Positions 28,422 through 37,152 of a DNA stretch of 64,000 nt are shown here, piece after piece; positions within the stretch are counted from its first letter, which is position 1, and every line of letters begins with the position of its first letter. Under the pieces are notes generated by a model. That model did not search any database, was not told where the DNA came from, and saw nothing but the letters and a program-made list of their open reading frames with translations. Made by a program: the position numbers and the translations under genes. The DNA comes from Candidatus Heimdallarchaeota archaeon (lineage in GTDB: Archaea; Asgardarchaeota; Heimdallarchaeia; Heimdallarchaeales; Heimdallarchaeaceae), in assembly GCA_016840095.1 (NCBI GenBank), contig JAEOSZ010000095.1:1-64000 (forward strand), given 5' to 3'.

Positions 28422-30224
28422 TTACACCCTATATCCGTATTTAGATCCAAGTTCTTCCATTTCAGTATGGATGTAATCTTCGATTTTATTCATTTGCATA
28501 ATATCGTCGTTTTGAACATCCTCTTTCATTCGTTTCAGAATTTGAACCGATTTAAGAGCAAGTATGAGAGAAATTGGACATCCGTTCTTAATTAGAATCT
28601 CTGCTCTGCTGTAAAATAGCAGCATGAGCTTCATCATTTTCATTTGTTTCTCAATAGGACAAAAAGAGTCCACTGGATTGAAAGCACTTTGTTGAAGAAA
28701 ACCATCTTTGATAATATCTGCAACTAAGATTATAAGTTGCTCATCAGCAGGTAAAGCTTTTGAGCCTATCAATTCAACTATGTGTTGTAGCTCTTCATCC
28801 TTTTGGAGAACATTGAACATCTCTTGTCTATAACGTCCCCAATCCTCTAATCCTGATTCTAGAGCCCATTCTTCAATAATTTCAACATAACCAGAGTAGC
28901 TATTTAACCAATTTATAGAAGGAAAATGTTTCCTATTAGCTAATTTAGGATCCAAACCCCAGAAGGTTTTAACAAACCTCTTAGTATTGGCAGTAACTGG
29001 TTCACTGAAATCTCCTCCTGGAGGAGAAACAGCTGCGGTTATGTTAATCGATCCTTCTCTATAAGGAGAACCGATTGTAACTACTTGACCAGCTCTTTCA
29101 TAGAAATTAGCTAATCTAGCTCCAAGATAAGCTGGATATCCCTCCTCAACTGGCATTTCTTCCAATTGACCAGCAATTTCTCTAAGAGCTTCGGCCCAAC
29201 GCGATGTACTATCTGCTGTCAGAAGAACATTTAGTCCTTGATCTCTGAAATACTCAGCCATTGTAATTCCCATATAGATTGAAGCCTCTCGAGCAGCTAC
29301 AGGCATGTTAGAGACATTCGCAACCAATAGTGTTCTATCCATCAATGGATTTTGAGTATGAGGATCTATGAGTTTAGGAAATTCTCTAAGAACATCTGTC
29401 ATTTCATTTCCTCTCTCACCACAACCTATGTAGATAACAACATCAGCATCACTCCACTTTGATAATTGATGCTGGAGGACTGTCTTGCCAGTCCCGAATC
29501 CTCCTGGTATCGCTGCAGTTCCTCCTTTAGCAATTGGGAAAAACATATCGATTATTCTTTGACCTGTGACTAATGGTTCATGAACTGGTAATTTCTTCTG
29601 GAAAGGTCGTGCAACTCTAACAGGCCATTCATGCATCATTGATAATTCAGATTTCTTTTTATCAAATCCTTTAAGTTCTAAAATTGGATCAATAATTCTG
29701 AATTCACCTTTATCCTGTAATGATATCAGTTCACCATGTGTATCCGGAGGTGCAATGATTTTGCTTATAATTGTTTCTGTTTCTTTTACAAAACCTAATA
29801 CATCTCCTCCTTTCAAAATATGCCCTCTGGTTAAATCTTTATTTGGTTCAAACAACCATTTCTTTTCTCTATCAAGAGCATTAACTTGAATACCTCTTCC
29901 AATGAATGAAGAAGATGAGTTCTTCTTAATTTGCTCTAGTGGTCTTTGAATTCCATCAAAGATGTTTGCTAATAATCCTGGTCCTAATTCAGCTGAAAGA
30001 GACTTACCAGATGGATACACTGGTTCATTAATTTTTAAACCTTCGAGAGGTTCATAAACTTGAACTGTTGCAAAGTCAAATTCGATTTCTATAATCTCTC
30101 CTACAAGTCTCTCCTCACCTACATAAGTTATCTCACCCATTCTGTAAGAAGATAAGCCTTTAACTTCGACTGTAGAACCTTTAATAGATACAATCTTTGC
30201 TCTATCTTCAACTGAATTAGTCAT
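28422..30224 (-). CDS. atpA: A/V-type ATPase catalytic subunit A
   Basis: Walker [53 protein letters not shown]. No intein. Confidence 0.98.
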   Translation of the reverse strand: MTNSVEDRAKIVSIKGSTVEVKGLSSYRMGEITYVGEERLVGEIIEIEFDFATVQVYEPLEGLKINEPVYPSGKSLSAELGPGLLANIFDGIQRPLEQIKKNSSSSFIGRGIQVNALDREKKWLFEPNKDLTRGHILKGGDVLGFVKETETIISKIIAPPDTHGELISLQDKGEFRIIDPILELKGFDKKKSELSMMHEWPVRVARPFQKKLPVHEPLVTGQRIIDMFFPIAKGGTAAIPGGFGTGKTVLQHQLSKWSDADVVIYIGCGERGNEMTDVLREFPKLIDPHTQNPLMDRTLLVANVSNMPVAAREASIYMGITMAEYFRDQGLNVLLTADSTSRWAEALREIAGQLEEMPVEEGYPAYLGARLANFYERAGQVVTIGSPYREGSINITAAVSPPGGDFSEPVTANTKRFVKTFWGLDPKLANRKHFPSINWLNSYSGYVEIIEEWALESGLEDWGRYRQEMFNVLQKDEELQHIVELIGSKALPADEQLIILVADIIKDGFLQQSAFNPVDSFCPIEKQMKMMKLMLLFYSRAEILIKNGCPISLILALKSVQILKRMKEDVQNDDIMQMNKIEDYIHTEMEELGSKYGYRV

Positions 30225-30317
30225 TAGGAGTAATAATATTTTTCAATAATAAATAGTTTGCTGACTAACATTAATCAAGCGTAAAGCTTTAAACAAGCAG
30301 TTCTATAGTTAATTTGG

Positions 30318-30629
30318 ATGTCTGATTCTATTACAACAAAGAAAGCATATGTTATAGGTGCACGTGAAACAGTGAGAGGATTCAATTTAATTGGTATTCC
30401 AGGAGAAGAAGTATCAACACCCGATGAAACACTTACAACCTTAGATAGAATTTTGCAAGAAGACTATTCATTGATTATGATATCTGCTTCATCAATTATA
30501 GAAATTGAAGATACTATTGAACAGATTAGATTAGAAAACTCTACTCCAATCATTGTTCTTTCTGATGCTAATATGAAACTTGATCCGAAAGATATCGAGA
30601 AAAAATTTAGAAGATTCATAGGTTATTAG
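30318..30629 (+). CDS. atpF: A/V-type ATPase subunit F
   Basis: VIG..ETV.GF.L.GI.G, P.I..L, C-terminal R.FIG. 103 aa. Confidence 0.88.
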   Translation: MSDSITTKKAYVIGARETVRGFNLIGIPGEEVSTPDETLTTLDRILQEDYSLIMISASSIIEIEDTIEQIRLENSTPIIVLSDANMKLDPKDIEKKFRRFIGY

Positions 30630-30631
30630 TA

Positions 30632-31369
30632 TTAACTTTTCTTTGTACAATCCACACCATGCACTTTTTCAGCTGTTTTAAAACCAAGCTTTTCATATAT
30701 TCGAACTGCTGGGATATTAGTTTCTTCTACCCAAAGAGTGATGTCTTCTATCCCTTTATCATAAAGAACTTCACACATTTTAGCACTTAAATCATAGCCA
30801 TAACCTTTATTTCTATAATCTCTACTAACCCAAACCCCTCTTATCAATGCAAATGAGAATCTTTCTGTCTGAACATGATGAGGTGCAAATGCACATCCTA
30901 TGAGTTCATTATTCTCAATTATTCCAACTCCTCCCATTCCTTGAGAAAAGAGTATTCTACGTTTTAAACCTAATAATCTTATCTCTTCTTTAGTAAGTTC
31001 TCGTGATAGATATTCTGTTTGTGGAGTGAAATCTTCTTTTTTCAGTTCCATACAGAGAAAAGTATTCATATTCCTATCTTTAACAGATTTATCCATTGGG
31101 ATGAAATCTTTGAAATGTTTTTGTATCAAGGTTTTCCATTCCATATCAAAAGAAAGGCTTATTTCCCCTTTAGGATAGAAATTTTCAATGATTTTCTCAT
31201 TCGGTGGTCCAAATATAGTTGTGTGAAGATCATACGAGCATCTGAAGGAATCTTCAATTTTGTCGATAATGACAATTCCAGGACAGATGTGAATATCCCA
31301 AATCATGTAACCTAATCTTGCTATTCTTGGTTCAGCTACTGTGAAAAAATCGTCAAATTCCTTCATCAT
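30632..31369 (-). CDS. GNAT N-acetyltransferase
   Basis: VWVSRDYRNKGYG, V...NIPAVRIYEKLGF. Confidence 0.88.
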   Translation of the reverse strand: MMKEFDDFFTVAEPRIARLGYMIWDIHICPGIVIIDKIEDSFRCSYDLHTTIFGPPNEKIIENFYPKGEISLSFDMEWKTLIQKHFKDFIPMDKSVKDRNMNTFLCMELKKEDFTPQTEYLSRELTKEEIRLLGLKRRILFSQGMGGVGIIENNELIGCAFAPHHVQTERFSFALIRGVWVSRDYRNKGYGYDLSAKMCEVLYDKGIEDITLWVEETNIPAVRIYEKLGFKTAEKVHGVDCTKKS

Positions 31370-31414
31370 TATGAGTAAGAAAAAAAGGAAGTATAAATTT
31401 CCTTCTAGAGATTT

Positions 31415-32356
31415 CTAGACATATTTAGGTCCATAGAGTTCTTCATCAAGTTCGTTTAAGTAATCTTTATACTCTTGTTTGTCAGAAATTTCAAAAGCTT
31501 TTTTCACTCTTACAGTTCCTTCATATCTCTGACCCATTTTGATCAAAGCTTTACCAGAAATGAAAAGAGCTTCATCATTGTTTTTTGAGAGAGTAAGTAA
31601 TTCATTACATAAGTTGAAAGCTTTTTGTATATTTCCTTCAGCTAGATATAATCTAGACAATTTATTGTAAATATCTGCATTTACAGGACGTGTTTTTTCC
31701 TCAACTTGCATTGCTTGAAGATATTTATCCTTTGCTACATCTTCATGGCCCATAAACAAGTAAAGATCACCAAGTTCTTCATAGAGCTCTTGGTTTGTAG
31801 GTTCAAGCTCAATTGCATCGTTGTATGCATCAATAGCAGAGACGAAATTTTCGAGTTCTTTGTAGCTCCTCCCCAATAATTTCCAGACTTCTATGTTTTC
31901 ACTTTTAGTTCTTAAATATGTTTCAAAACTTAGAACAGCTACTTGAAATTCTCCTCTAGCCATAGCAAGTTTTCCTCTTCCAAGCCATGATTGAGTAGCT
32001 CTAGGATTAAGAGAAGTAGATTTGAAGTAATAGTTTTCAGCTATTTCTGTCTGATTACGTATTCTATAAATCTCTCCCAGAAGCTCATATGCTTCCCAAA
32101 AATCAGAGTCATCTGCAATAACACTACTCAGTTCAGTAACTGAATCATCGAATTTACCCATAAGATAGTAAACTTTGCCTTTGAGATATTTTAAACCAAT
32201 ATCGGAATATTTTGTTATTGCTCTGTTAATAAAAGACAATGATTCCTCATATAGACCATTTTCGATTAAACTTTCAAGTAGTTCAATGTCATACTTTTTT
32301 TTGTCCTCCCCTAATTCTGACCCCAAGGAACCACCTTGAATGTATAAGCATCTCAA
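31415..32356 (-). CDS. TPR-repeat protein
   Basis: Repeated W..LG..Y...A...Y..A..L.P units. True start may be TTG 32326 after GGTGG. Confidence 0.88.
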   Translation of the reverse strand: MRCLYIQGGSLGSELGEDKKKYDIELLESLIENGLYEESLSFINRAITKYSDIGLKYLKGKVYYLMGKFDDSVTELSSVIADDSDFWEAYELLGEIYRIRNQTEIAENYYFKSTSLNPRATQSWLGRGKLAMARGEFQVAVLSFETYLRTKSENIEVWKLLGRSYKELENFVSAIDAYNDAIELEPTNQELYEELGDLYLFMGHEDVAKDKYLQAMQVEEKTRPVNADIYNKLSRLYLAEGNIQKAFNLCNELLTLSKNNDEALFISGKALIKMGQRYEGTVRVKKAFEISDKQEYKDYLNELDEELYGPKYV

Positions 32357-32400
32357 TTTAAAAAACTTTTCAGTAGTTTTCAGAAACAGATTATCACGAG

Positions 32401-34005
32401 TTAGATGTTTTTTCTGTTGATTAGTTCTCGCTTTAAAACCTTACCAGCTGCACTGAGAGGTAATGAATCTATGAATTCAAAGGATTTTGGAATTTTATAT
32501 TTTGTCATTGACTGTTTCAAACAGAACTCTTTCATTTCTTTCTCAGTAATTTTGTATCCTTCCTTTACAACTATGAAAGCTTTGCCTACCTCTCCAAAAT
32601 AATCGTCAGGAACAGGTATAACTGCTGCAAGAGATACTCCTGGGTGTTTGTAAAGATCTTCTTCAACTTCTCTGGGGTAAACATTCAATCCACCTGAGTT
32701 AATGATGTCTTTAGACCTATCAACAATGAAGTAATAGTCTTCAGAATCTTTACGTGCAAGATCTCCAGTTTTCAACCATCCATCAGAAGTGAAAACATTC
32801 GATGATTCTAATCCTTTTCCTAAATATCCTTTCATAACTTGGGGACCTAGAATGAGTATCTCTCCAATTTCTCCCTCATTAACTTCTGCAAGAGTTTCTG
32901 GATCAACTAGTTTTGCATGTGTATCAGTCAAAGGTTTTCCAATAGAGTTAACAATAGCCTTTCCATATGGGTTAATGTGAGTAACGGGAGAGCATTCTGT
33001 TAAACCATATCCCTCAGTAATAGCAATGGAAGTCTTTTGCTGAAATTCCTCATGAATTTCTTTTGGTAAAGCTGAACCTCCTGAAACACAAACTTTCAAA
33101 CTCTCAAGGTTATATTTTTCTATCTTTGAACGAAGTAGAGCAATATACATTGTTGGGACACCATAAAAGGAAGTGGCATGTAATTCTTCCATAAGTTCAA
33201 GTAAACTTTCAGGTTCAAATTTGGGGATTATAACAATCATCTCACTACGGAAAAGAGGAGCTAGAAAACTGCATTGCAAACCAAAACTGTGACACATAGG
33301 AAGAGCTGAAACTACACAACCAGTAAATTCAGAAGGGATTTCCTTAGCCCATTCATTGAACTGAAGAGCATTTGCTAGAACATTGGCATGCGTTAGCATC
33401 ACAGCCTTAGCGGTTCCAGTTGTACCTCCTGTATAGAGGAGGAAAGCTAAGTCAGAACTTTTACTTCGTATATCTGTTAATCTTTCCTTTTTTTCAAGAA
33501 TACTTGATAAGAATACTAGCTCACAATTTTGGTTTTGAGTAATTTTTTCTATATCCTTTGGACTATCTACTAAGATTTTTGCTTTAAACTGATATTGACT
33601 TACAATTTCTGCTATTTTGTCACATAAATCTGTATTAGTTATCAACACTTTTGATTCAGAATCTCTAAGTTGGAAAGAAATATCTTTTTGAGATAATCTT
33701 GGATTTATTAGAGTTACCTTTGCGCCTACCTGAAATGATGCAAATATAGAAGTTACAAGGCCAATTGAGTTTGGTAAAAGAATTGCAATAGTTTCATTTT
33801 TCTCAATTGTATTTGCATCTAGGAAATATGCTAATTTATTGGTCATTTCGATTATTTCTTTTGCTTTGTAATCTCTTGATTCTTCTTTGAAAAGAATACT
33901 ATTTTCATCTGATTTTTCAATAATTTCCAAGAAGTACTCGTAAACTGATTTGTTTGGATACTTTATTCTACTTGGAAACATATCCTTCCAGCTTGATTCA
34001 CTCAT
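32401..34005 (-). CDS. Long-chain acyl-CoA synthetase (AMP-binding)
   Basis: YTGGTTGTAK, EGYGLTECSP, GWLKTGD, DRSKDII..GG.NVYP.EVE, GKVLK. Confidence 0.95.
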   Translation of the reverse strand: MSESSWKDMFPSRIKYPNKSVYEYFLEIIEKSDENSILFKEESRDYKAKEIIEMTNKLAYFLDANTIEKNETIAILLPNSIGLVTSIFASFQVGAKVTLINPRLSQKDISFQLRDSESKVLITNTDLCDKIAEIVSQYQFKAKILVDSPKDIEKITQNQNCELVFLSSILEKKERLTDIRSKSSDLAFLLYTGGTTGTAKAVMLTHANVLANALQFNEWAKEIPSEFTGCVVSALPMCHSFGLQCSFLAPLFRSEMIVIIPKFEPESLLELMEELHATSFYGVPTMYIALLRSKIEKYNLESLKVCVSGGSALPKEIHEEFQQKTSIAITEGYGLTECSPVTHINPYGKAIVNSIGKPLTDTHAKLVDPETLAEVNEGEIGEILILGPQVMKGYLGKGLESSNVFTSDGWLKTGDLARKDSEDYYFIVDRSKDIINSGGLNVYPREVEEDLYKHPGVSLAAVIPVPDDYFGEVGKAFIVVKEGYKITEKEMKEFCLKQSMTKYKIPKSFEFIDSLPLSAAGKVLKRELINRKNI

Positions 34006-34093
34006 TTATAGCCACTAAACCACTTCTTGTAGGTCCATTAATGAACTTTGTTGCTTGTAACTTATTTTTTCTCATTTTTGGTAAAAGAAAACG

Positions 34094-36892
34094 TTGATAA
34101 ACAAACCTTTCGACACTCATATGTTAGAAGGTTCTTGTAAAATGTCTCCTAAAAGTCGCAATACTGTGAAGAAGGAAAAACTGGAAAGTGATAATAATGA
34201 AGAGCTTTCTAAGATTGCTTCCAAATTCAATGTTACTTTTGAGAATAACAAAGAGGTACTTGTTACGAATTTAGCTTTGAAGGGACAAGAAGCTCTTAAC
34301 AAAGATCAGATTGATGTTGCTCAAGAAATATGTGAAATTCTTTATGGTCTCTCTAAGAGGTGGAAGGATGATTTTATCAAAGTGAAAACTTTGCTTCTAA
34401 ATGCTCAAATTGCAAACTACAAGGGAGAATCACAACTACACCTTCTAGAAAGTGCTCTAGCTTTAGCAAAGAAAATTAAGTTTATTGATATTGAAATAGG
34501 TATAAGAGTTCAATTAGCTTATGAATACTACAGAAAACGTTTTTACAAACAAGTTCTAAAGCAAATTAAGAAAATAAAAAAATACCCAAACTTTTTCTCT
34601 GACAATGCAACAATCATTCTCGAGCTCCAATCTAGAACATATTGGGAGACTGACGAATATGTTAAAGGATTCGATTCTACTCTCAAATGGTTTGAAATAC
34701 TTAGGAAATCTCTAAATGATATTCATTCTCTATTTTTGGTGGTTGTTTACCTTCTTACAGTGATGAATTCCCTAGAACTCCCATATTCAAAGGAGAAGAA
34801 AGTAGAAATCAAGAATGATATTGCAGAACTTCTAATGAATCTGGGATCTGCTACTCATGTTTTTCCAGAAATTCTAGAAAACTTGGATGTTCTCTTTGCA
34901 AAATCTCTAATGCTTGTTGAACCTGAAACATTATACCAATTTGCAGACTTATTATTACAGACTTCAAGATGGAATGATGAAGAGAAATATCTCTTCTTGT
35001 GTCAAAAATTATCTGATGCATTTTACAATATTAACGATTTTGAAAAATCAAAAAAACTAATGCTAAATGCTCAAAAATATGCGAAAGAGAAAAAGTATAC
35101 ACAAATTGAATCCTTAATTAAATACAAAATGACTGAAATTACAAGTCTAATTTTCTATTTCATGTCATTTGATCCTTTATTTGATCCATTTAGTGCTGAA
35201 TCGATTAAAATTTCATCAAAAGATATTGATAAGGAGTTATTTCTACAAATAGTTAATCCCAAAGCGAACAATTTCCCAACAACATCTTATTCCCAGTTTC
35301 TCAGGATTATCGATAAAGCTTCTTACAGCTATATTCATGAGAATGCACTAAAGATTGAAGGATTCAGTGTTGAAGATGAACGAAGTTTCTTTGTACTTGA
35401 TTTAGAAATAGCTGAAGATAAAATTGTGCTACTTATGAAGGAAGAATTCAAAGTAGATCCAACAGAATATCAAACTTTACATTCAACCTTAACTCCTTAT
35501 TATAGCGTAATTGGCATTTTATCCGCTGAAAAAAAACCAACAATGGATGAAATAGATGACATAGAAGAAGTATTACTGAAAGTTCAAAGATCAATTAACT
35601 GCCCTGCTGCTAAAGCGATTATATATCTTCCCGAAAAAAAACCTCAATTAAATCTTTTCAAATTCTATCTACAAAAAGGCGGATTTAGAGATTTGAAGGT
35701 TAAAATCATAGATTCAGTTCAAAAATTCCAAAAAAAGTATGATTTTCTAAAAACACCCGATATTTTACAAATCTTCCAAGCTGATCCGATAACTATATTT
35801 GATTTATCTTTAAGAGATACTGAACAATTAAAATCACTAACAAATCTTATTAATCATGCATATGGAGTAAACATTTCTTCCAATACTCTCTTTAATTTCT
35901 TTGAAGATTTAATTGATGATTTCCTGAGCAGAAGTGATACTAGATTCTGGAAAGATTTTTACTTCCAATATTCTTGGTTACAAACTAAAGGGATATATCT
36001 TTCTTTATCAAATGAATTCATTGATAAGAAAGAAAAAATATGTGAGAAATTGGTTGTAATAGCTAATAATCTTGAAGAAGAAGAGAAAATTCTTGAAAGT
36101 TTATATTATAGAACATTCTTAGGATTAGTTTCGAACAATAGTGGTTTTAGTAATGATTTACTTAACTTGAAAACTCAAGCAAAAGAATATAAGAATACTA
36201 AATTCATTCTAGTTTCAGACATTTTTCAGCTAATAGACAAAAAAGAATTAGATAAGCAGGAAAATTTGATTCAAACACTGAATTTGTTTTGCGAATTATG
36301 TGAATTCAAAGACTGGGATATCTTGTTAGAGTTGTTTATTTACCTTCTAAAGGAGTTAAAAGAGATAAAACCATTGTTTGAAATGTGCAAGGAAAGAGAA
36401 GTTAAGGATAGTGGATTATATCTTTACTTACATTTAGTAAAACATCTAATAAAAATACAAAGATATGAGTCTTCAATGGATCTTCTACATTGGGTTTTAG
36501 ATACAATTAAGATTCGAAAGGATAAGTTTCATTACTCAGAACATATTTGGGACTTCATGTTTGTGACAGCAAATATGTACATGCATTCGCTAATTGATGT
36601 TGTTTCAGCTGAACTATTAGAAAAATTCGAAGTAAATCGAAGTGAAATCAACCAGAATTTGCTCGATATGAATGAATGGATTACAGATCCTCTCTTTCTT
36701 GTTGAACTTTTGAATGATAGAATTTCCGAATTACTCGATCAAACAGATTTTGCTCAAGCAGAGAAATTTTATCACTGGGTTGAGCAGTTGATGTTCTATT
36801 ATTGGGACATTTTTACTAGTGAAGACAATAAAGAATTATTGACCTCAGTTAATGAAATTAAGAAGCGAATCGAAAGCCAACATTTTATTTAA
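34094..36892 (+). CDS. Large alpha-helical (TPR-like) hypothetical protein
   Basis: 932-aa ORF, mostly helical-repeat pattern with a central beta-rich segment. No catalytic motif recognised; start uncertain. Confidence 0.55.
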   Translation: MINKPFDTHMLEGSCKMSPKSRNTVKKEKLESDNNEELSKIASKFNVTFENNKEVLVTNLALKGQEALNKDQIDVAQEICEILYGLSKRWKDDFIKVKTLLLNAQIANYKGESQLHLLESALALAKKIKFIDIEIGIRVQLAYEYYRKRFYKQVLKQIKKIKKYPNFFSDNATIILELQSRTYWETDEYVKGFDSTLKWFEILRKSLNDIHSLFLVVVYLLTVMNSLELPYSKEKKVEIKNDIAELLMNLGSATHVFPEILENLDVLFAKSLMLVEPETLYQFADLLLQTSRWNDEEKYLFLCQKLSDAFYNINDFEKSKKLMLNAQKYAKEKKYTQIESLIKYKMTEITSLIFYFMSFDPLFDPFSAESIKISSKDIDKELFLQIVNPKANNFPTTSYSQFLRIIDKASYSYIHENALKIEGFSVEDERSFFVLDLEIAEDKIVLLMKEEFKVDPTEYQTLHSTLTPYYSVIGILSAEKKPTMDEIDDIEEVLLKVQRSINCPAAKAIIYLPEKKPQLNLFKFYLQKGGFRDLKVKIIDSVQKFQKKYDFLKTPDILQIFQADPITIFDLSLRDTEQLKSLTNLINHAYGVNISSNTLFNFFEDLIDDFLSRSDTRFWKDFYFQYSWLQTKGIYLSLSNEFIDKKEKICEKLVVIANNLEEEEKILESLYYRTFLGLVSNNSGFSNDLLNLKTQAKEYKNTKFILVSDIFQLIDKKELDKQENLIQTLNLFCELCEFKDWDILLELFIYLLKELKEIKPLFEMCKEREVKDSGLYLYLHLVKHLIKIQRYESSMDLLHWVLDTIKIRKDKFHYSEHIWDFMFVTANMYMHSLIDVVSAELLEKFEVNRSEINQNLLDMNEWITDPLFLVELLNDRISELLDQTDFAQAEKFYHWVEQLMFYYWDIFTSEDNKELLTSVNEIKKRIESQHFI

Positions 36893-37152
36893 TAAAGAAA
36901 CTGTTGAATAATTAAATTTACATTATTTCTTTTATGTAAGGGTGTAAACAAAATAGCATTACAGTACCTATACAGATTTTTTTATCTTTATAAACAGTTT
37001 TGGTATTATTGCTTTACAAGCCTTCTAACTACAAAATTATGTGGGTTTTCTTACTGTAATCCATAAAAATCTTTATGAATGATGGTAAGATAAAATGTGT
37101 GTAATATAAATAATTCAAAAATAGTTCCATATCTGTACTTGGTGTCAAATTC

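Noticed and set aside
28422-30224. Intein in ATPase subunit A
   Set aside because: Normal 600-aa length; the sequence after Walker A is uninterrupted.
22761-30317. Invertible (phase-variable) ATPase block
   Set aside because: No terminal inverted repeats at the block ends and no recombinase in the window. The shared ATAGTTAA 8-mer is a direct repeat and likely chance.
36893-37152. Largest intergenic gap as tRNA/ncRNA or the 37029..37235 ORF
   Set aside because: AT-rich, with no cloverleaf or GC-rich stems; the ORF overlaps the next gene antisense. Likely just promoter/terminator sequence.
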